NCBI GenBank assembly: GCA_947452215.1
Contig: CANGCD010000001.1
Span: 1 to 61,561, forward strand
From: Cytophagaceae bacterium
GTDB lineage: Bacteria; Bacteroidota; Bacteroidia; Cytophagales; Spirosomataceae
Length of the DNA: 61,561 nt
Direction of reading: 5' to 3'
Below the pieces are notes generated by a model. It made no database searches. It saw nothing but the letters and a program-made list of their open reading frames with translations, and was not told the DNA's origin. Position numbers and translations under genes: made by a program. Below are positions 45,995-57,500 of this stretch, in pieces (position 1 is the first letter of the stretch; each line of letters begins with the position of its first letter).

Positions 45995-46876
45995 TTAGTC
46001 TTGTATGGACGAAATTGGTTTCGTCGCATGGTATAATTCATACCAATCTTCGTGACTTAAATTGATTTGGAACGAATTCACAATGTTGCGAATGCGATTT
46101 TCTTCGAGCGTTCCAATTAAAGGCAAGGCGCCTAATTTCACTAACCAAGCTACGGCGATTGACTCGATGTTCGCATCATAACGTGCAGCCACTTCCAATA
46201 ATTTCTTACGCACTTTAAGTGCTAATTCATCCGTGCCGTTTTCGATGCGTCCGCCTGCTAAAGGAGATGTCGCCAACGGGCGCATGTATTTTTGCTTGAT
46301 GTAATCGATCGCGCCGTTATCAAGCGCCGACGTATTCAACAAGTTCAAGTCGATGTGATTCGAAACTACCGGAATGTTCAAATAAGAAACCAACAATTGA
46401 TGCTGATATACAGAGAAATTTGATACCCCGATGTTCTTCACTTTGCCTGCCGACTTCAATTTTTCCAAAGCCAATGCCGTGGTTTCTAGATCTGAAAGGG
46501 GATCTAATTGATCCAACAAAAACACGTCCAAATAATCAGTTTGCAAATTTCGCAAGGAGTTTTCAACTGAAAGTGTGATGTGCTCTGCCGAGGTATTCAC
46601 GTGGTTAACGCGGTACTTAGGTGTGGTATTCACGCCACATTTAGAGAACAAGACGATGTCGGATCGCTTGAAAGATTGCTTCGCAAGGACTTCGCCAAAG
46701 CGTTTTTCACAGGTATAATCCCCATAGCGATCCGCGTGATCAAAGGTATTAACCCCTAATTCCAAGCATAGGTTGACAACCTTTTCCATGTCTCCCTTGC
46801 CTGCTTCCCAGCGCCAGAATCCATAAATGGCGGGAGAAACTTTGGGACCTGCGTCGCTTAAATAAACCTTGTTCAT
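45995..46876 (-). CDS. Aldo/keto reductase (YdhF/YcsN-like)
   Basis: FDHADRYG, SKCG, SLRNLQTDYLD, IGVSNF, SPLAGG. Confidence 0.88.
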   Translation of the reverse strand: MNKVYLSDAGPKVSPAIYGFWRWEAGKGDMEKVVNLCLELGVNTFDHADRYGDYTCEKRFGEVLAKQSFKRSDIVLFSKCGVNTTPKYRVNHVNTSAEHITLSVENSLRNLQTDYLDVFLLDQLDPLSDLETTALALEKLKSAGKVKNIGVSNFSVYQHQLLVSYLNIPVVSNHIDLNLLNTSALDNGAIDYIKQKYMRPLATSPLAGGRIENGTDELALKVRKKLLEVAARYDANIESIAVAWLVKLGALPLIGTLEENRIRNIVNSFQINLSHEDWYELYHATKPISSIQD

Positions 46877-47385
46877 GCTACTATAATTTTAGATGCTGCT
46901 AATAAATCTTCAACTAAATGGGTGGCCTTTGTCTCCGTTCCCGCCGGTGCTAAACGAATTGTCCGCAATCCGGCACGTGTCCCGGCCGTAATATCGCGTT
47001 CATGATCACCGACCATCCAGGAGGCATCCATGTCCACGTTGTATTTCGCGGCAGCTTTTTCGATCATTAAAGATCCGGGCTTACGCGTTAAGGAGTGGCT
47101 ATCAAACTTTTCGTGGTAAGGGCAGAAATAGATATCATCCAATTCCACACCCGTTCCATCTTGAATCGCTTGGTGAATCATATAGACGTCTTCACGTTTG
47201 TACACACCTTTGGCGATGCCACTTTGGTTGGTAATAATGACCAACAAATAACCTGCATCTTTCAGGGCCCGTAAGGCTTCCCCCACTCCTGGCGGAATGA
47301 TGAATTCCTCCATTCGATACACATAATCCACACGGTCAACATTTAGAACGCCATCGCGATCTAAGAAAATGCACTTATTCTTCAT
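46873..47385 (-). CDS. gmhB: HAD-IIIA phosphatase (GmhB/HisB-N-like)
   Basis: FLDRDGVLN, TNQSG, RKPG, MVGD..RDI.AG. Confidence 0.78.
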   Translation of the reverse strand: MKNKCIFLDRDGVLNVDRVDYVYRMEEFIIPPGVGEALRALKDAGYLLVIITNQSGIAKGVYKREDVYMIHQAIQDGTGVELDDIYFCPYHEKFDSHSLTRKPGSLMIEKAAAKYNVDMDASWMVGDHERDITAGTRAGLRTIRLAPAGTETKATHLVEDLLAASKIIVA

Positions 47386-47391
47386 TCAGTC

Positions 47392-47829
47392 TTAAAAAAG
47401 TAAATTCCAAGGAATGCGGCTCAAAATCAATACAAGCGCAACGATGGTAAAAATCAAGGCGTTTTTGTGTTTCGCAGCATCTGCAATTGCCTTCTTGTTT
47501 TTGGCATTGTTGATCGTTGCTAAAACAATCGCAATAATATTCATAGAAACGTGCTCCACGGCCACTAAACGCATTTCAGGGTTTTTCATCGCCGCACCAA
47601 AGTCAGCTAATGCCGCCAAGGTAATCGGGCTAAAAAAGAAATAAAGCGCCAATCCGATAAGCAATTGTGTATGCAAAGAAATCATAAAGAACAAGCCTGC
47701 TTTGCGATCAGATTCCGTAAACAAGGCATTGGTTGAACGACCACGCAATGCGCGGACAATCACATTGATACCTAAAATGAACACGAGTACAAAAAGTACG
47801 ATGTGAACGGTTGAAACAATTGAATACAT
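47392..47829 (-). CDS. Conserved 4-TM membrane protein with intramembrane His residues
   Basis: Hydrophobic helices; H9, LHTQLLIG, VEH. Start MYSIV follows a TATCTTTG box. Confidence 0.65.
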   Translation of the reverse strand: MYSIVSTVHIVLFVLVFILGINVIVRALRGRSTNALFTESDRKAGLFFMISLHTQLLIGLALYFFFSPITLAALADFGAAMKNPEMRLVAVEHVSMNIIAIVLATINNAKNKKAIADAAKHKNALIFTIVALVLILSRIPWNLLF

Positions 47830-47941
47830 GTGACGATAAGTTTTAGTTTGCGACAAAGATACGAAAAGCGCTTGGAACGTGACCTTTGTTACGAATATTC
47901 CTCTAATATTCTTTACCTTTGGGGCTCAAAATCAGTAGAAA

Positions 47942-48319
47942 ATGCCAGATTCATCCAAATTGAAAGCCGCCATAAACGCTCGTTGTCCACAATGCCATGA
48001 GGGCCGTTTGTTTAAATTTAAATGGTGGAATGTGTTCAATTTTGCGCAGATGGAGGAACATTGTTCCGCTTGTGGCATGCGCTATGAAATAGAACCCGGA
48101 TTTTTTTATGGGGCCATGTACGTTTCCTATGCGTTTACGGTAGGCATTATGCTAGTAGGCGGAATCATCATTTTCAATTTGTTCAATGATCCTGATGCCA
48201 TGGGCTATGTGATTCCGATCACGACGGTGTCCTTGATTTTGGTACCCTTTAATTACCGCGTCTCCCGCGTTATTTTCATACATTTGTTTTCCGGAGTGAA
48301 ATACCGGCCAAATAAATAA
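47942..48319 (+). CDS. DUF983 domain protein (zinc-ribbon plus 2 TM)
   Basis: RCPQCHEG, CSACG, EPGFFYGAMYVSY. Confidence 0.85.
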   Translation: MPDSSKLKAAINARCPQCHEGRLFKFKWWNVFNFAQMEEHCSACGMRYEIEPGFFYGAMYVSYAFTVGIMLVGGIIIFNLFNDPDAMGYVIPITTVSLILVPFNYRVSRVIFIHLFSGVKYRPNK

Positions 48320-49395
48320 TGAAAATCCTTGATATCTACATCCTGAAGAAATTCCTGAAGACCTATGTCTTCGCCGTTTTTCTCATTGTGTTGATTGTCA
48401 TGGTGATTGATTACACCGAAAAAATCGACGATTTTATTCGGAAAGAGGCACCTTGGAGGGCGATTATTTTTGATTATTACCTGAACTTCATTCCGTATTG
48501 GGCAAATTACATCAGCCCCTTGATGGTCTTCATCGCGACGGTATTTTTTACCGCGAACCTCGCGGCCAAAACCGAAATCATCGCCATTCTGAGTTCCGGT
48601 GTGAGTTTCACCCGATTGATGCGCCCTTATTTAATTGGTTCCTCGATTATAGCAATAGGTACATTTATCATGATTGGTTGGGTCGTTCCGAATGCCAACA
48701 AAATCCGTGTACCCTTTGAGCATGAGTACATCAACGGAACTTACTTTTTCGACAAGCGCGATGTACACATCAAGATTTCGCCGGATGTGTATGCCTACAT
48801 TGAAAGTTATGATAATACATCCAATACGGGTTATCGATTTAGCTTAGAGCGGATTTCGGATAATGAAATCAAGCAAAAATTGATGTCGGACCGAATCACC
48901 TGGGATTCCGTGGCGAAGAAATGGACGATACACGATTACCGGATTCGGACCTTCACGGGAGGGAACAATGGCATTGTTTTCGGGACCAAAATTGATACCA
49001 CCTTAAATTTATTGCCCAAAGATTTTCAGAATAAACATTTATTGCACGAGACCTTTACCTTACCTGAGTTGAACCGACACATTGATTTGGTGCGCTCACG
49101 AGGAGCGGATGGGATCGAGGTATTTTTGATTGAGAAATATTTACGTTTTGCGAATCCGTTTTCGGTCATCATTTTGACGATTATTGGATTCTTGGTTTCG
49201 GCGCGAAAATCGCGGGGAGGGGTCGGTTTCCAAATTGCGCTCGGATTTTGTTTGGCCTTTGTATACATTCTGTTCTTTATGATGAGTAAAGGAATTGCGG
49301 AAGGCGGGGGCATGCCACCGATGTTGGCCGTTTGGTTACCCAATCTTGTCTTTTCAGCCGTGGGCCTTGGGCTCTATTATACCATCCCGCGCTAG
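48319..49395 (+). CDS. LptF/LptG family LPS export permease
   Basis: MKILDIYILKKF, EIIAILSSGVS..R, AVWLPN. Confidence 0.9.
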   Translation: MKILDIYILKKFLKTYVFAVFLIVLIVMVIDYTEKIDDFIRKEAPWRAIIFDYYLNFIPYWANYISPLMVFIATVFFTANLAAKTEIIAILSSGVSFTRLMRPYLIGSSIIAIGTFIMIGWVVPNANKIRVPFEHEYINGTYFFDKRDVHIKISPDVYAYIESYDNTSNTGYRFSLERISDNEIKQKLMSDRITWDSVAKKWTIHDYRIRTFTGGNNGIVFGTKIDTTLNLLPKDFQNKHLLHETFTLPELNRHIDLVRSRGADGIEVFLIEKYLRFANPFSVIILTIIGFLVSARKSRGGVGFQIALGFCLAFVYILFFMMSKGIAEGGGMPPMLAVWLPNLVFSAVGLGLYYTIPR

Positions 49396-50286
49396 ATGAA
49401 AGCAGCTCCACGCATCCTCGATTACTTGAAAATCCATTTCATTGTGGTGTTGTATGCGTTCACGGCTATTTTAGGCAATGCAACACATTCGAATGCCTTG
49501 ACCATCGTCTTTTTCCGCTGTGTCATTGCGGCCATAGGTCTGGTTGGGATTCTCTATTATTCCAAAACATCTTTTCGGATTAGCCAAAAAGTCTTGAGCA
49601 TTTGGCTCCTGAATGGCGTGTTTATTTCGCTACACTGGTTATTGTTTTTTGGGGCTGCCAAAGTCAGCACGGTAGCGATGTGCTTGGCGGGATTATCGAC
49701 GCAAACATTCTGGACGTCCGTGATGGAACCGATTGCCAAAAAGACGAAGTTGTCATGGGAAGAGGTGTTCTTAGGATTGGTGGTAATTGTGGCTTTGGGG
49801 ATTATCTTTTCGGTCCAACAAGCCCAGTGGCTCGGATTACTGATGGGCATTGGTGCGGGATTTTTCGGGGCATTGTTTTCCGTTATCAACGGCAATTTTA
49901 CACATACCCATGACCCGAAGTTGATTACTGCCTACGAAATGGCGGCGGCGGGTGCGATGACGGGTTTGGTATGGGCTTATGGCCTATTCGAAGGGGGTAT
50001 CGGGTATATTCCGATGGATTGGGATTGGTTGTGGATCGGAATTCTCGCGGTGGTTTGCACCGTTTATGCCTATACGGAAACAATCCATTTGTACAAAGTA
50101 TTTTCTGTATTTTCGATCAATCTCGTGATTACCTTAGAGCCTGTGTACGGCATCTTACTTGCCGTATTTATTTTTGGCCAAAAAGAGGTGATGGCGCCAG
50201 GGTTTTATTGGGGTACGGCCTTGTTGGTACTGACGGTGATGGTTCATCCATTTTTGCAGAAGCGAAGTAAGTCCGGGGGGAAATAA
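49396..50286 (+). CDS. EamA/DMT family transporter
   Basis: Ten TM helices, HWLLFF, LEPVYGILLA. Confidence 0.88.
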   Translation: MKAAPRILDYLKIHFIVVLYAFTAILGNATHSNALTIVFFRCVIAAIGLVGILYYSKTSFRISQKVLSIWLLNGVFISLHWLLFFGAAKVSTVAMCLAGLSTQTFWTSVMEPIAKKTKLSWEEVFLGLVVIVALGIIFSVQQAQWLGLLMGIGAGFFGALFSVINGNFTHTHDPKLITAYEMAAAGAMTGLVWAYGLFEGGIGYIPMDWDWLWIGILAVVCTVYAYTETIHLYKVFSVFSINLVITLEPVYGILLAVFIFGQKEVMAPGFYWGTALLVLTVMVHPFLQKRSKSGGK

Positions 50287-50303
50287 GTCCGGAGGGTTCT
50301 TTT

Positions 50304-50550
50304 TAACCCCAGACTTTAGTCTGGGGACCAAACATGACCCCGAAATCCCTAGGCTAAAGCCTAGGGTTATAAAAACCACATCATCAAACTTTATAACCCC
50401 AGACTTTAGTCTGGGGACCAAACATGTTACCGAAACCCTTAGGCTAAAGCATAGGGTTATTTAGCCCCATCATCAAACTTTATAACCCCAGACTTCAGTC
50501 TGGGGACCAAACATGTTCCCGAAACCCTTAGGCTAAAGCCCAGGGTTATA
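50304..50550. repeat. BIME/REPIN-like array: three tandem ~90-bp units, each a pair of inverted REP-like hairpins
   Basis: TAACCCCAGACTT(T/C)AGTCTGGGG stems at 50307, 50397 and 50486, each followed by CCC(T)AGGCTAAAGC-(C/A)(T/C)AGGGTTA. Period 90/89 bp. Confidence 0.9.
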
Positions 50551-50553
50551 AAC

Positions 50554-51540
50554 CTAGGGAGAAGTCACGACACTACCCTTAGGACTCCGGACTTGGGACT
50601 CCGGACTCCGCTCCTTCTGCTCCTTCGTAAAAATAAAGAAGCGTAATCCCAGCTCATGCGTCTGATTACTTACTTTGGAAATTTCGGACGTGGGCATTTC
50701 ATATACATAACCGATGTAGGTTTTCTTACTCGCTTGAACTCCTAAACGAAGGCCCCAGCTGTCTTGATGGCGATACGTTAAACCCACGTCTAATTTCTGC
50801 TTGAGATTAGCCATTAATTGTGCATCCCAACTCAGCGGAACGTCAGTTGCGATCCGCGCCATGGCATTCGGATACAGGGTTAAATCATCATTAATTTCAA
50901 TTTTATTCCCGAGCATTACATAGACATAACTTGCGTCTTTGTAACCTCCCGACAAATTTCCGAAGTCATATTTGAGAATACGAGGCATAGAAACACTCGC
51001 AAAAAATCCTTGATTCTTACGTGCAATGCGTACACCCCAGCCCATATTAAACATCATACCCGTGCTGCGGCTCCCGGCGAATAACACATCGTTTGGACTC
51101 GTCAATTTTAAATTGGCAAAATCGAGACTAACATTTCCAACACCGAGTCGAATACCACCCGATAAATCCCAGTTGGCATTCAACTGTGTATGATAAGCAA
51201 AATCGCCTGACACCATGGCCAACTTCACTGGACCCGCTTGGTCAAACATCGCATTTACACCGATGCCTCGCTTCTGCTTCCATTTAAAATTACCATTGAA
51301 ATACATGGTTCGCGGAGCACCCTCGATGCCCAACCATTGTTGGCGATACATCAAATGCACCTCACTCGTATCCTTACTTCCCGCTTGTACGGGAGTCAAG
51401 ACCTGTGGATTTAAGCGATACAAATTATACATGGTTTCAATCTGTGCTTGGGACTGAAAACCACCCAAGCAAAGCAGGAAAACAAGGGCGAAAAAACCCT
51501 TGTTTCTGCTTGATTGATTTATATTAATTTCTCTTATCAT
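50554..51540 (-). CDS. PorP/SprF family T9SS outer-membrane protein (paralog of 15670..16596)
   Basis: YRLNPQ, RQQWLGIEGAP, DQAGPVK, HQDSWG, GYVYEMPTS shared with the first copy. Confidence 0.9.
   Translation of the reverse strand: MIREININQSSRNKGFFALVFLLCLGGFQSQAQIETMYNLYRLNPQVLTPVQAGSKDTSEVHLMYRQQWLGIEGAPRTMYFNGNFKWKQKRGIGVNAMFDQAGPVKLAMVSGDFAYHTQLNANWDLSGGIRLGVGNVSLDFANLKLTSPNDVLFAGSRSTGMMFNMGWGVRIARKNQGFFASVSMPRILKYDFGNLSGGYKDASYVYVMLGNKIEINDDLTLYPNAMARIATDVPLSWDAQLMANLKQKLDVGLTYRHQDSWGLRLGVQASKKTYIGYVYEMPTSEISKVSNQTHELGLRFFIFTKEQKERSPESQVRSPKGSVVTSP
50582..50609. repeat. Heptamer tandem repeat (GGACTCC)x4, degenerate, inside the porP 3' end
   Basis: GGACTCC GGACTTG GGACTCC GGACTCC. Confidence 0.7.
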
Positions 51541-51544
51541 ATTC

Positions 51545-54500
51545 CTATTTTTCTAATCGGTTGATGTACACATATTGACCTATCTCTGGATATTTCCCTT
51601 TGAAATCAATCACGTAGTAGTACGTTCCATCCGGCAATAAATTATCGTCGTTCGTCAAATTAAACGCGCGGTCGGTTTGTCCACCCCAATCATTTTGGTA
51701 ATTATCTTTTTGGTAAACAATGTTCCCCCATCGGTTGTAAATCGTTAAGGTATTATTCCCTTTACGCATAATACCCGGAATGATTAAGACGTCGTTTTGA
51801 CCGTCTCCATTCGGCGAAATACCTTGTGGCGCAAAAGTCTCGCATTGATCCGGATCGATTCGATTCTCGATGCCATCGTGATCGCAATCCGGCAAAGCGC
51901 CGTAGTTTAAATCATCCTCCAATGCATCCGTAATGCCATCGTTATCCGAATCTAAATCGCGGTAATCCGGAACGCCATCTTTATCCGTATCGACTGGATT
52001 CGCAGGATTCGCGCCGGCCTCATGTTTATCGGAGTACCCATCATTATCAGCATCCAAATCCAAATAATCCGGCAGGCCGTCTCCATCCGTATCGCGTTTT
52101 CCTTCCACCGCATCTGGAATACCATCGTTATCCGAATCAATATCACGGTAATCCGGGATGCCATCGCCATCGGAGTCGACCGGACGCTTCGGATCTTTAC
52201 CCGCTTCTATTTCATCTGGAATTCCATCATTATCGGAATCCAAATCACGGAAATCAGGAATGCCATCGCCATCGGAATCCCGCGTGCCTTCCACAGCATC
52301 TGGAATGCCATCGTTGTCAGAATCCAAATCACGGAAATCAGGAATGCCATCGCCATCCGTATCGACTGGATTGATTGGATCTTTGCCCGCCTCAATCGAA
52401 TCTGGAATGCCATCATTATCCGAATCGATGTCTTGGTAATCTGGTATACCGTCTTTATCCGTATCTACAGGTTGTTTCGCGTCTTTGCCTGCTTCCACAG
52501 CATCCGGGATACCATCATTATCCGAATCCGTATCTTGGAAATCCGGGATACCATCTTTATCCGTATCTACAGGTCGTTTCGGATCTTTACCCGCTTCTAC
52601 TGTGTCTGGAATACCATCATTATCGGAATCTAAATCCAAGTAATCCGGCAAGCCATCACCATCGGTATCGACCGGATGTTTCGGATCTTTGCCCGCCTCA
52701 ACCGAATCCGGAATGCCATCATTATCAGAATCTAAATCCAAATAGTCCGGTATACCATCACCATCGGTATCACGAATTCCTTCCACCGCATCTGGGATAC
52801 CATCATTATCCGAATCTAAATCCAAATAATTTGGAATGCCATCGCCATCGGTATCCACCGTTCCTTCAACTGCATCCAGAATTCCATCGTTGTCCGAATC
52901 CGTATCGCGGAAATTAGGAATACCATCCCCGTCCGTGTCAACTGTTCCTTCCACCGCATCAGGAATTCCGTCATTGTCCGCATCGAGATCTAAAAAGTCT
53001 GGGGTGCCATCCTTATCGGTATCTACTGTCCAGCCTGAAGTCGCGAACTCGTTGCGATCATCCCAACCGCTCTCGTTGTTATCCACTCGATCTGTACAAG
53101 TCATGCAGGTCGTTGGTCCTTCCATTTGATCCGAAATGCCATCCCCGTCACTATCTAAATCAAGGAAGTTTGGAATACCATCGGCATCAGGGTCGGCAGC
53201 GCCTTCTACTATATCTCCTAGTTTATCCCCATCACTATCCGAGTCCCGGTAATTGGGTAATCCATCCCCATCGGGATCGCCACGTAATTCGATGCGATCC
53301 AATATACCGTCGTTGTCAGAATCCAAATCTAAGAAGTCGGGTATCCCGTCGCCATCCGTATCTGGGACCTCAAAGGAAGCTCCGCCCATCGAACTCTCCA
53401 CGCAATCCAATAAACCATTTCGGTTTGCATCAACGGAACAATCTACATGTCCGTCGTTATTGCTGTCTACTTGGTTACGGTACTTAATCAATCCTTCAAA
53501 ACTATCCAAGATGCCATCGCCATCTGCATCCAAATCCAAGTAATTGGGAATTCCATCGCCATCCGAATCAGCAGCTGTTTCTCGACTATCCAAAATACCA
53601 TCGTTATCGGAATCCAAATCCACATAATCCATGCGGCCGTCGCCATCCGAATCAATATAACGCTCTGAGTAATCTAAGATGCCATCGCCATCGCTATCTA
53701 TATCCATGTAATCAAATGTTCCATCACCATCCGTGTCTTCGCAACGCGTTCCACCGTTATGGCACTCTAGTCCATTTGAAATACCATCACCATCGCAATC
53801 TGCCTCCCGGAAATAATCATAGGCCGGCGTTCCAAACACCGGAATTTGACCCGATCCATCCACACAGAAATCCAATGGCGCCGAATCCGTTCCATTCGGA
53901 TTACCATCACCATCACAGTCGGCGGCCAACCAAGTCGAACTTGCGTTCGCGCGCACTTGACTTGCCAACAATAAACTACATGGATCAGCAGGGTCTGTAC
54001 GATCCGCACGTTCCACGCCATTCGTTACCCCGTCTCCGTCGCAATCCGCGGCCAACCAAGCCGAACTTGGTGTCAAGCTTTGTGAACGGAAATTCAAGCT
54101 ACATGCATCGTTTGGATTGGTTCCATCGATTACTTCTTGACCATTCGTTACGCCGTCACCGTCGCAATCCGCTGCTGGATCGTTCGGATTACAGAAGCTT
54201 AGGGTAACTGTGGCCGTCGCACAAACCGCGTTTTTACAAACTTGGTACACGACTGTTTTCGTACCACTCGTTTCGCCTACTGCCGGCGTGTAGGTCATCT
54301 CACCTGTCACATTATTGAAGCTCACGGTTCCGAGTGCCGTTCCGCCAGCATTGCCACTTAAACGAGAAATCGTCGAATTTCCTGGCAAGAAATCGTCGTT
54401 TGCCAAAATGTTATAGGTTTGCGCGCCTGAGCCTGCCACTTGAACTAAATCATTGTTCGCAACAGCCGTCGCGATGTGTGGATCCGTACTATTTGGATTG

Positions 54501-57500
54501 CCGTCGCCATCACAATCTCCAGATGTCCAAGCGGAACTTGGCGTTAGGGTTTGACTACTTCGAACCAATGAACAAGCGTTCAAAGGATCCGTTCCATCGA
54601 TTACTTCTTGGCCGTTCCTCACACCATCACCATCACAATCGACGACTGGGTCATTCGAATCACAGAAGTTCAAATTTGCCGTCGCGGTCGCACAAACGAT
54701 GCCTTTACATACTTGGTAAACCACCGTTTTCATGCCCGAAATTTCACCCGGTGCCGGGGTATACATCAACATGCCCGTGTTCGCATTAAAGCTCACCGTA
54801 CCTAGTGCCGTTCCGCCTGCAGATCCCACTAAACGATTAATCGTTATGCCTCCGCCGGCTAAGAAATCATCATTAGCCAAGATGTTAAAGGCTTGTTGGC
54901 CCGTACCCGAAATCACGAAATTATCATTTTGTGCCGTTGGCGCATTCATGTGCGGATCGGTGTTGTTCGGGTTACCGTCACCGTCACAATCTCCTGCCGA
55001 CCAGCCCGGTGCGGACACCGTTTGATGTGCAGGAATTAATGAACATGCGTTGGTTGGGCTTGTCCCATCCACAACTTCCGTCGCATCGATCACTCCGTCT
55101 CCATCTGAATCTAAATCGCGGTAGTTTGGAATTCCGTCACCATCCGTATCGATATTACCTTCAACAGAATCTAGGATACCATCATTATCCGAATCTAAAT
55201 CTAAATAGTCTGGTGTTCCGTCGCCATCCGTATCTCGCGGTACGTTTCCGTTAGTTCCTTTCTCCGCAGAATCAGGGATACCGTCACCGTCCGAATCGGT
55301 ATCGTACGGATTCAATCCGCCTGTTCCATCCGTATTTGGTGGCGTTAATCCACCATTGGCCGCTGTAGGAACTCCATTGGAATCAACAGCTCCATCCACG
55401 ATGCCATCCGCATTCACATCAATGCCGTTTGCTTCGCGGACATCTTTGATACCATCATTATCAGAATCCAAATCAAAACGATTAGGAATTCCGTCGCCAT
55501 CGGTATCACAGCTTAGTGAAGTAGGATTACATGCGGCATTCTCAATCGTATCTAAAATGCCGTCATTGTCATCATCATAATCCAACGTATCAATAATTCC
55601 GTCGCCATCGAAGTCGGTAGGACAACCGTTATTCGAGACGTCACCTATCGTCACCCGACAAGCATCCGTGGCATCTAAAACACCGTCACCATCGGAATCT
55701 AAATCCAAGTAATCCGGCATGCCATCGCCATCCGTATCCACATTGCCTTCGGTCGAATCTGGAACTCCATCTCCGTCCGAATCAAGATCTAAATAATTCG
55801 GTCTACCATCGCCGTCTGTATCGATTGTTCCTTCGATTGCATCTGGAATGCCATCGCCGTCTGAATCCAAATCACGGTAATTTGGAATTCCGTCACCATC
55901 CGTATCGAGCGCTCCTTCTGTATTATCTGGAATGCCATCCCCATCGGAATCCAGATCCAAGTAATCCGGCGTGCCATCTCCGTCCGTATCCCGCGTTCCT
56001 TCAATCGCATCTGAAATACCATCGCCATCCGAATCTAAATCCTTGTAATTTGGCGTTCCGTCACCGTCCGTATCCAAAGTACCTTCAACAGCGTCGGAGA
56101 TTCCATCGGCATCCGAATCCAAATCTTTGTAGTTTGGAATGCCATCGCCATCCGTATCAACGGTTCCTTCGATCGCATCCGAAATGCCGTCACCGTCACT
56201 GTCTAAATCACGGTAGTTTGGAATACCGTCGCCGTCCGTATCGACGGTTCCTTCTGTTGCATCCGGAATACCATCGCCATCCGAATCCAAATCTTTATAA
56301 TCGGGAGTGCCATCACCATCGGTATCAATGGGACTTAATGGATTCGGCCCTTTTTCAATCGCATCCGAAATGCCGTCACCATCGCTATCCACATCCAAGT
56401 AATTTGGTATGCCGTCGCCGTCCGTATCAGTCGTACCTTCGATCGAATCCGGTATGCCGTCACCGTCCGAATCCACATCACGGAAGTTAGGAATACCATC
56501 GCCGTCTGTATCCAATGGCGTTGCACCATTTGGCCCTTTTTCAACGGCATCAGTGATGCCATCGCCGTCCGAATCTAAGTCTAAATAATCCGGCGTTCCG
56601 TCGCCATCCGTGTCCGCAATCGCCGTACCCGTTCCGCGTTCAACCGAATCCGGAATACCATCGCCGTCGGAGTCTGTATCCAAATAATTTGGTATGCCGT
56701 CCCCATCGGAATCCAAAGGCGCGTTGCCATTAGGTCCCTTCTCAATGTTGTCTGAAATACCATCTCCATCAGAATCGGTATCGTATGGATTAGATCCTCC
56801 TGTTCCGTCCGTATTTGGAGGTGTTACGCCGCCATTCGCTGAGGTAGGCACACCATTCGAATCTACAGTTCCATCCACAACGCCATCGCCATTCACATCC
56901 GTTCCGTTTGATTCACGTACGTCCGAGATGCCATCATTATCAGAATCTGGATCCAAATTATTTGGGATTCCATCACCGTCTGTATCGCAAGTAGCTGCCG
57001 CAGGTGTACATGCCGCATTTTCCACGCTATCTAAAATGCCGTCATTGTCATCGTCGAAATCCGTTACATCCGGAATACCATCGTTATCGCTGTCGAGTGG
57101 ACAACCGCTCGCCAGGTTTCCAGCGACCAATGGACATTGATCCACGGTATCCAAGACGCCGTCGCCATCAGAATCTAAATCCAAATAGTTTGGAGTACCA
57201 TCGCCATCCGTATCGACCGCGCCTTCTTGCTGGTCTGGCTTCCCATCCCCATCCGAATCTAAATCACGGTAATTCGGAATGCCGTCGCCATCCGTATCGA
57301 CCGTTCCTTCTACCGCATCTGGGATACCATCGTTATCGGAATCCAAATCGCGGTAATCCGGAATACCGTCACCGTCTGTATCCAGTGGTTGTTGCGGATT
57401 AGGCCCTTTTTCAACCGCATCTAAAATTCCATCATTGTCTGAATCTGTATCCAAATAATCCGGTGTTCCATCTCCATCAGTATCCAAAGGATGCAAAGGA

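Noticed and set aside
50304-50550. Possible CRISPR array
   Set aside because: The intervening segments are near-identical rather than unique spacers, there are two hairpin types per unit, and no cas genes are present.
16631-54000. Diversity-generating retroelement template/variable repeat pair in the adhesin tails
   Set aside because: There is no reverse transcriptase, both copies are coding, and the differences I inspected are not adenine-specific.
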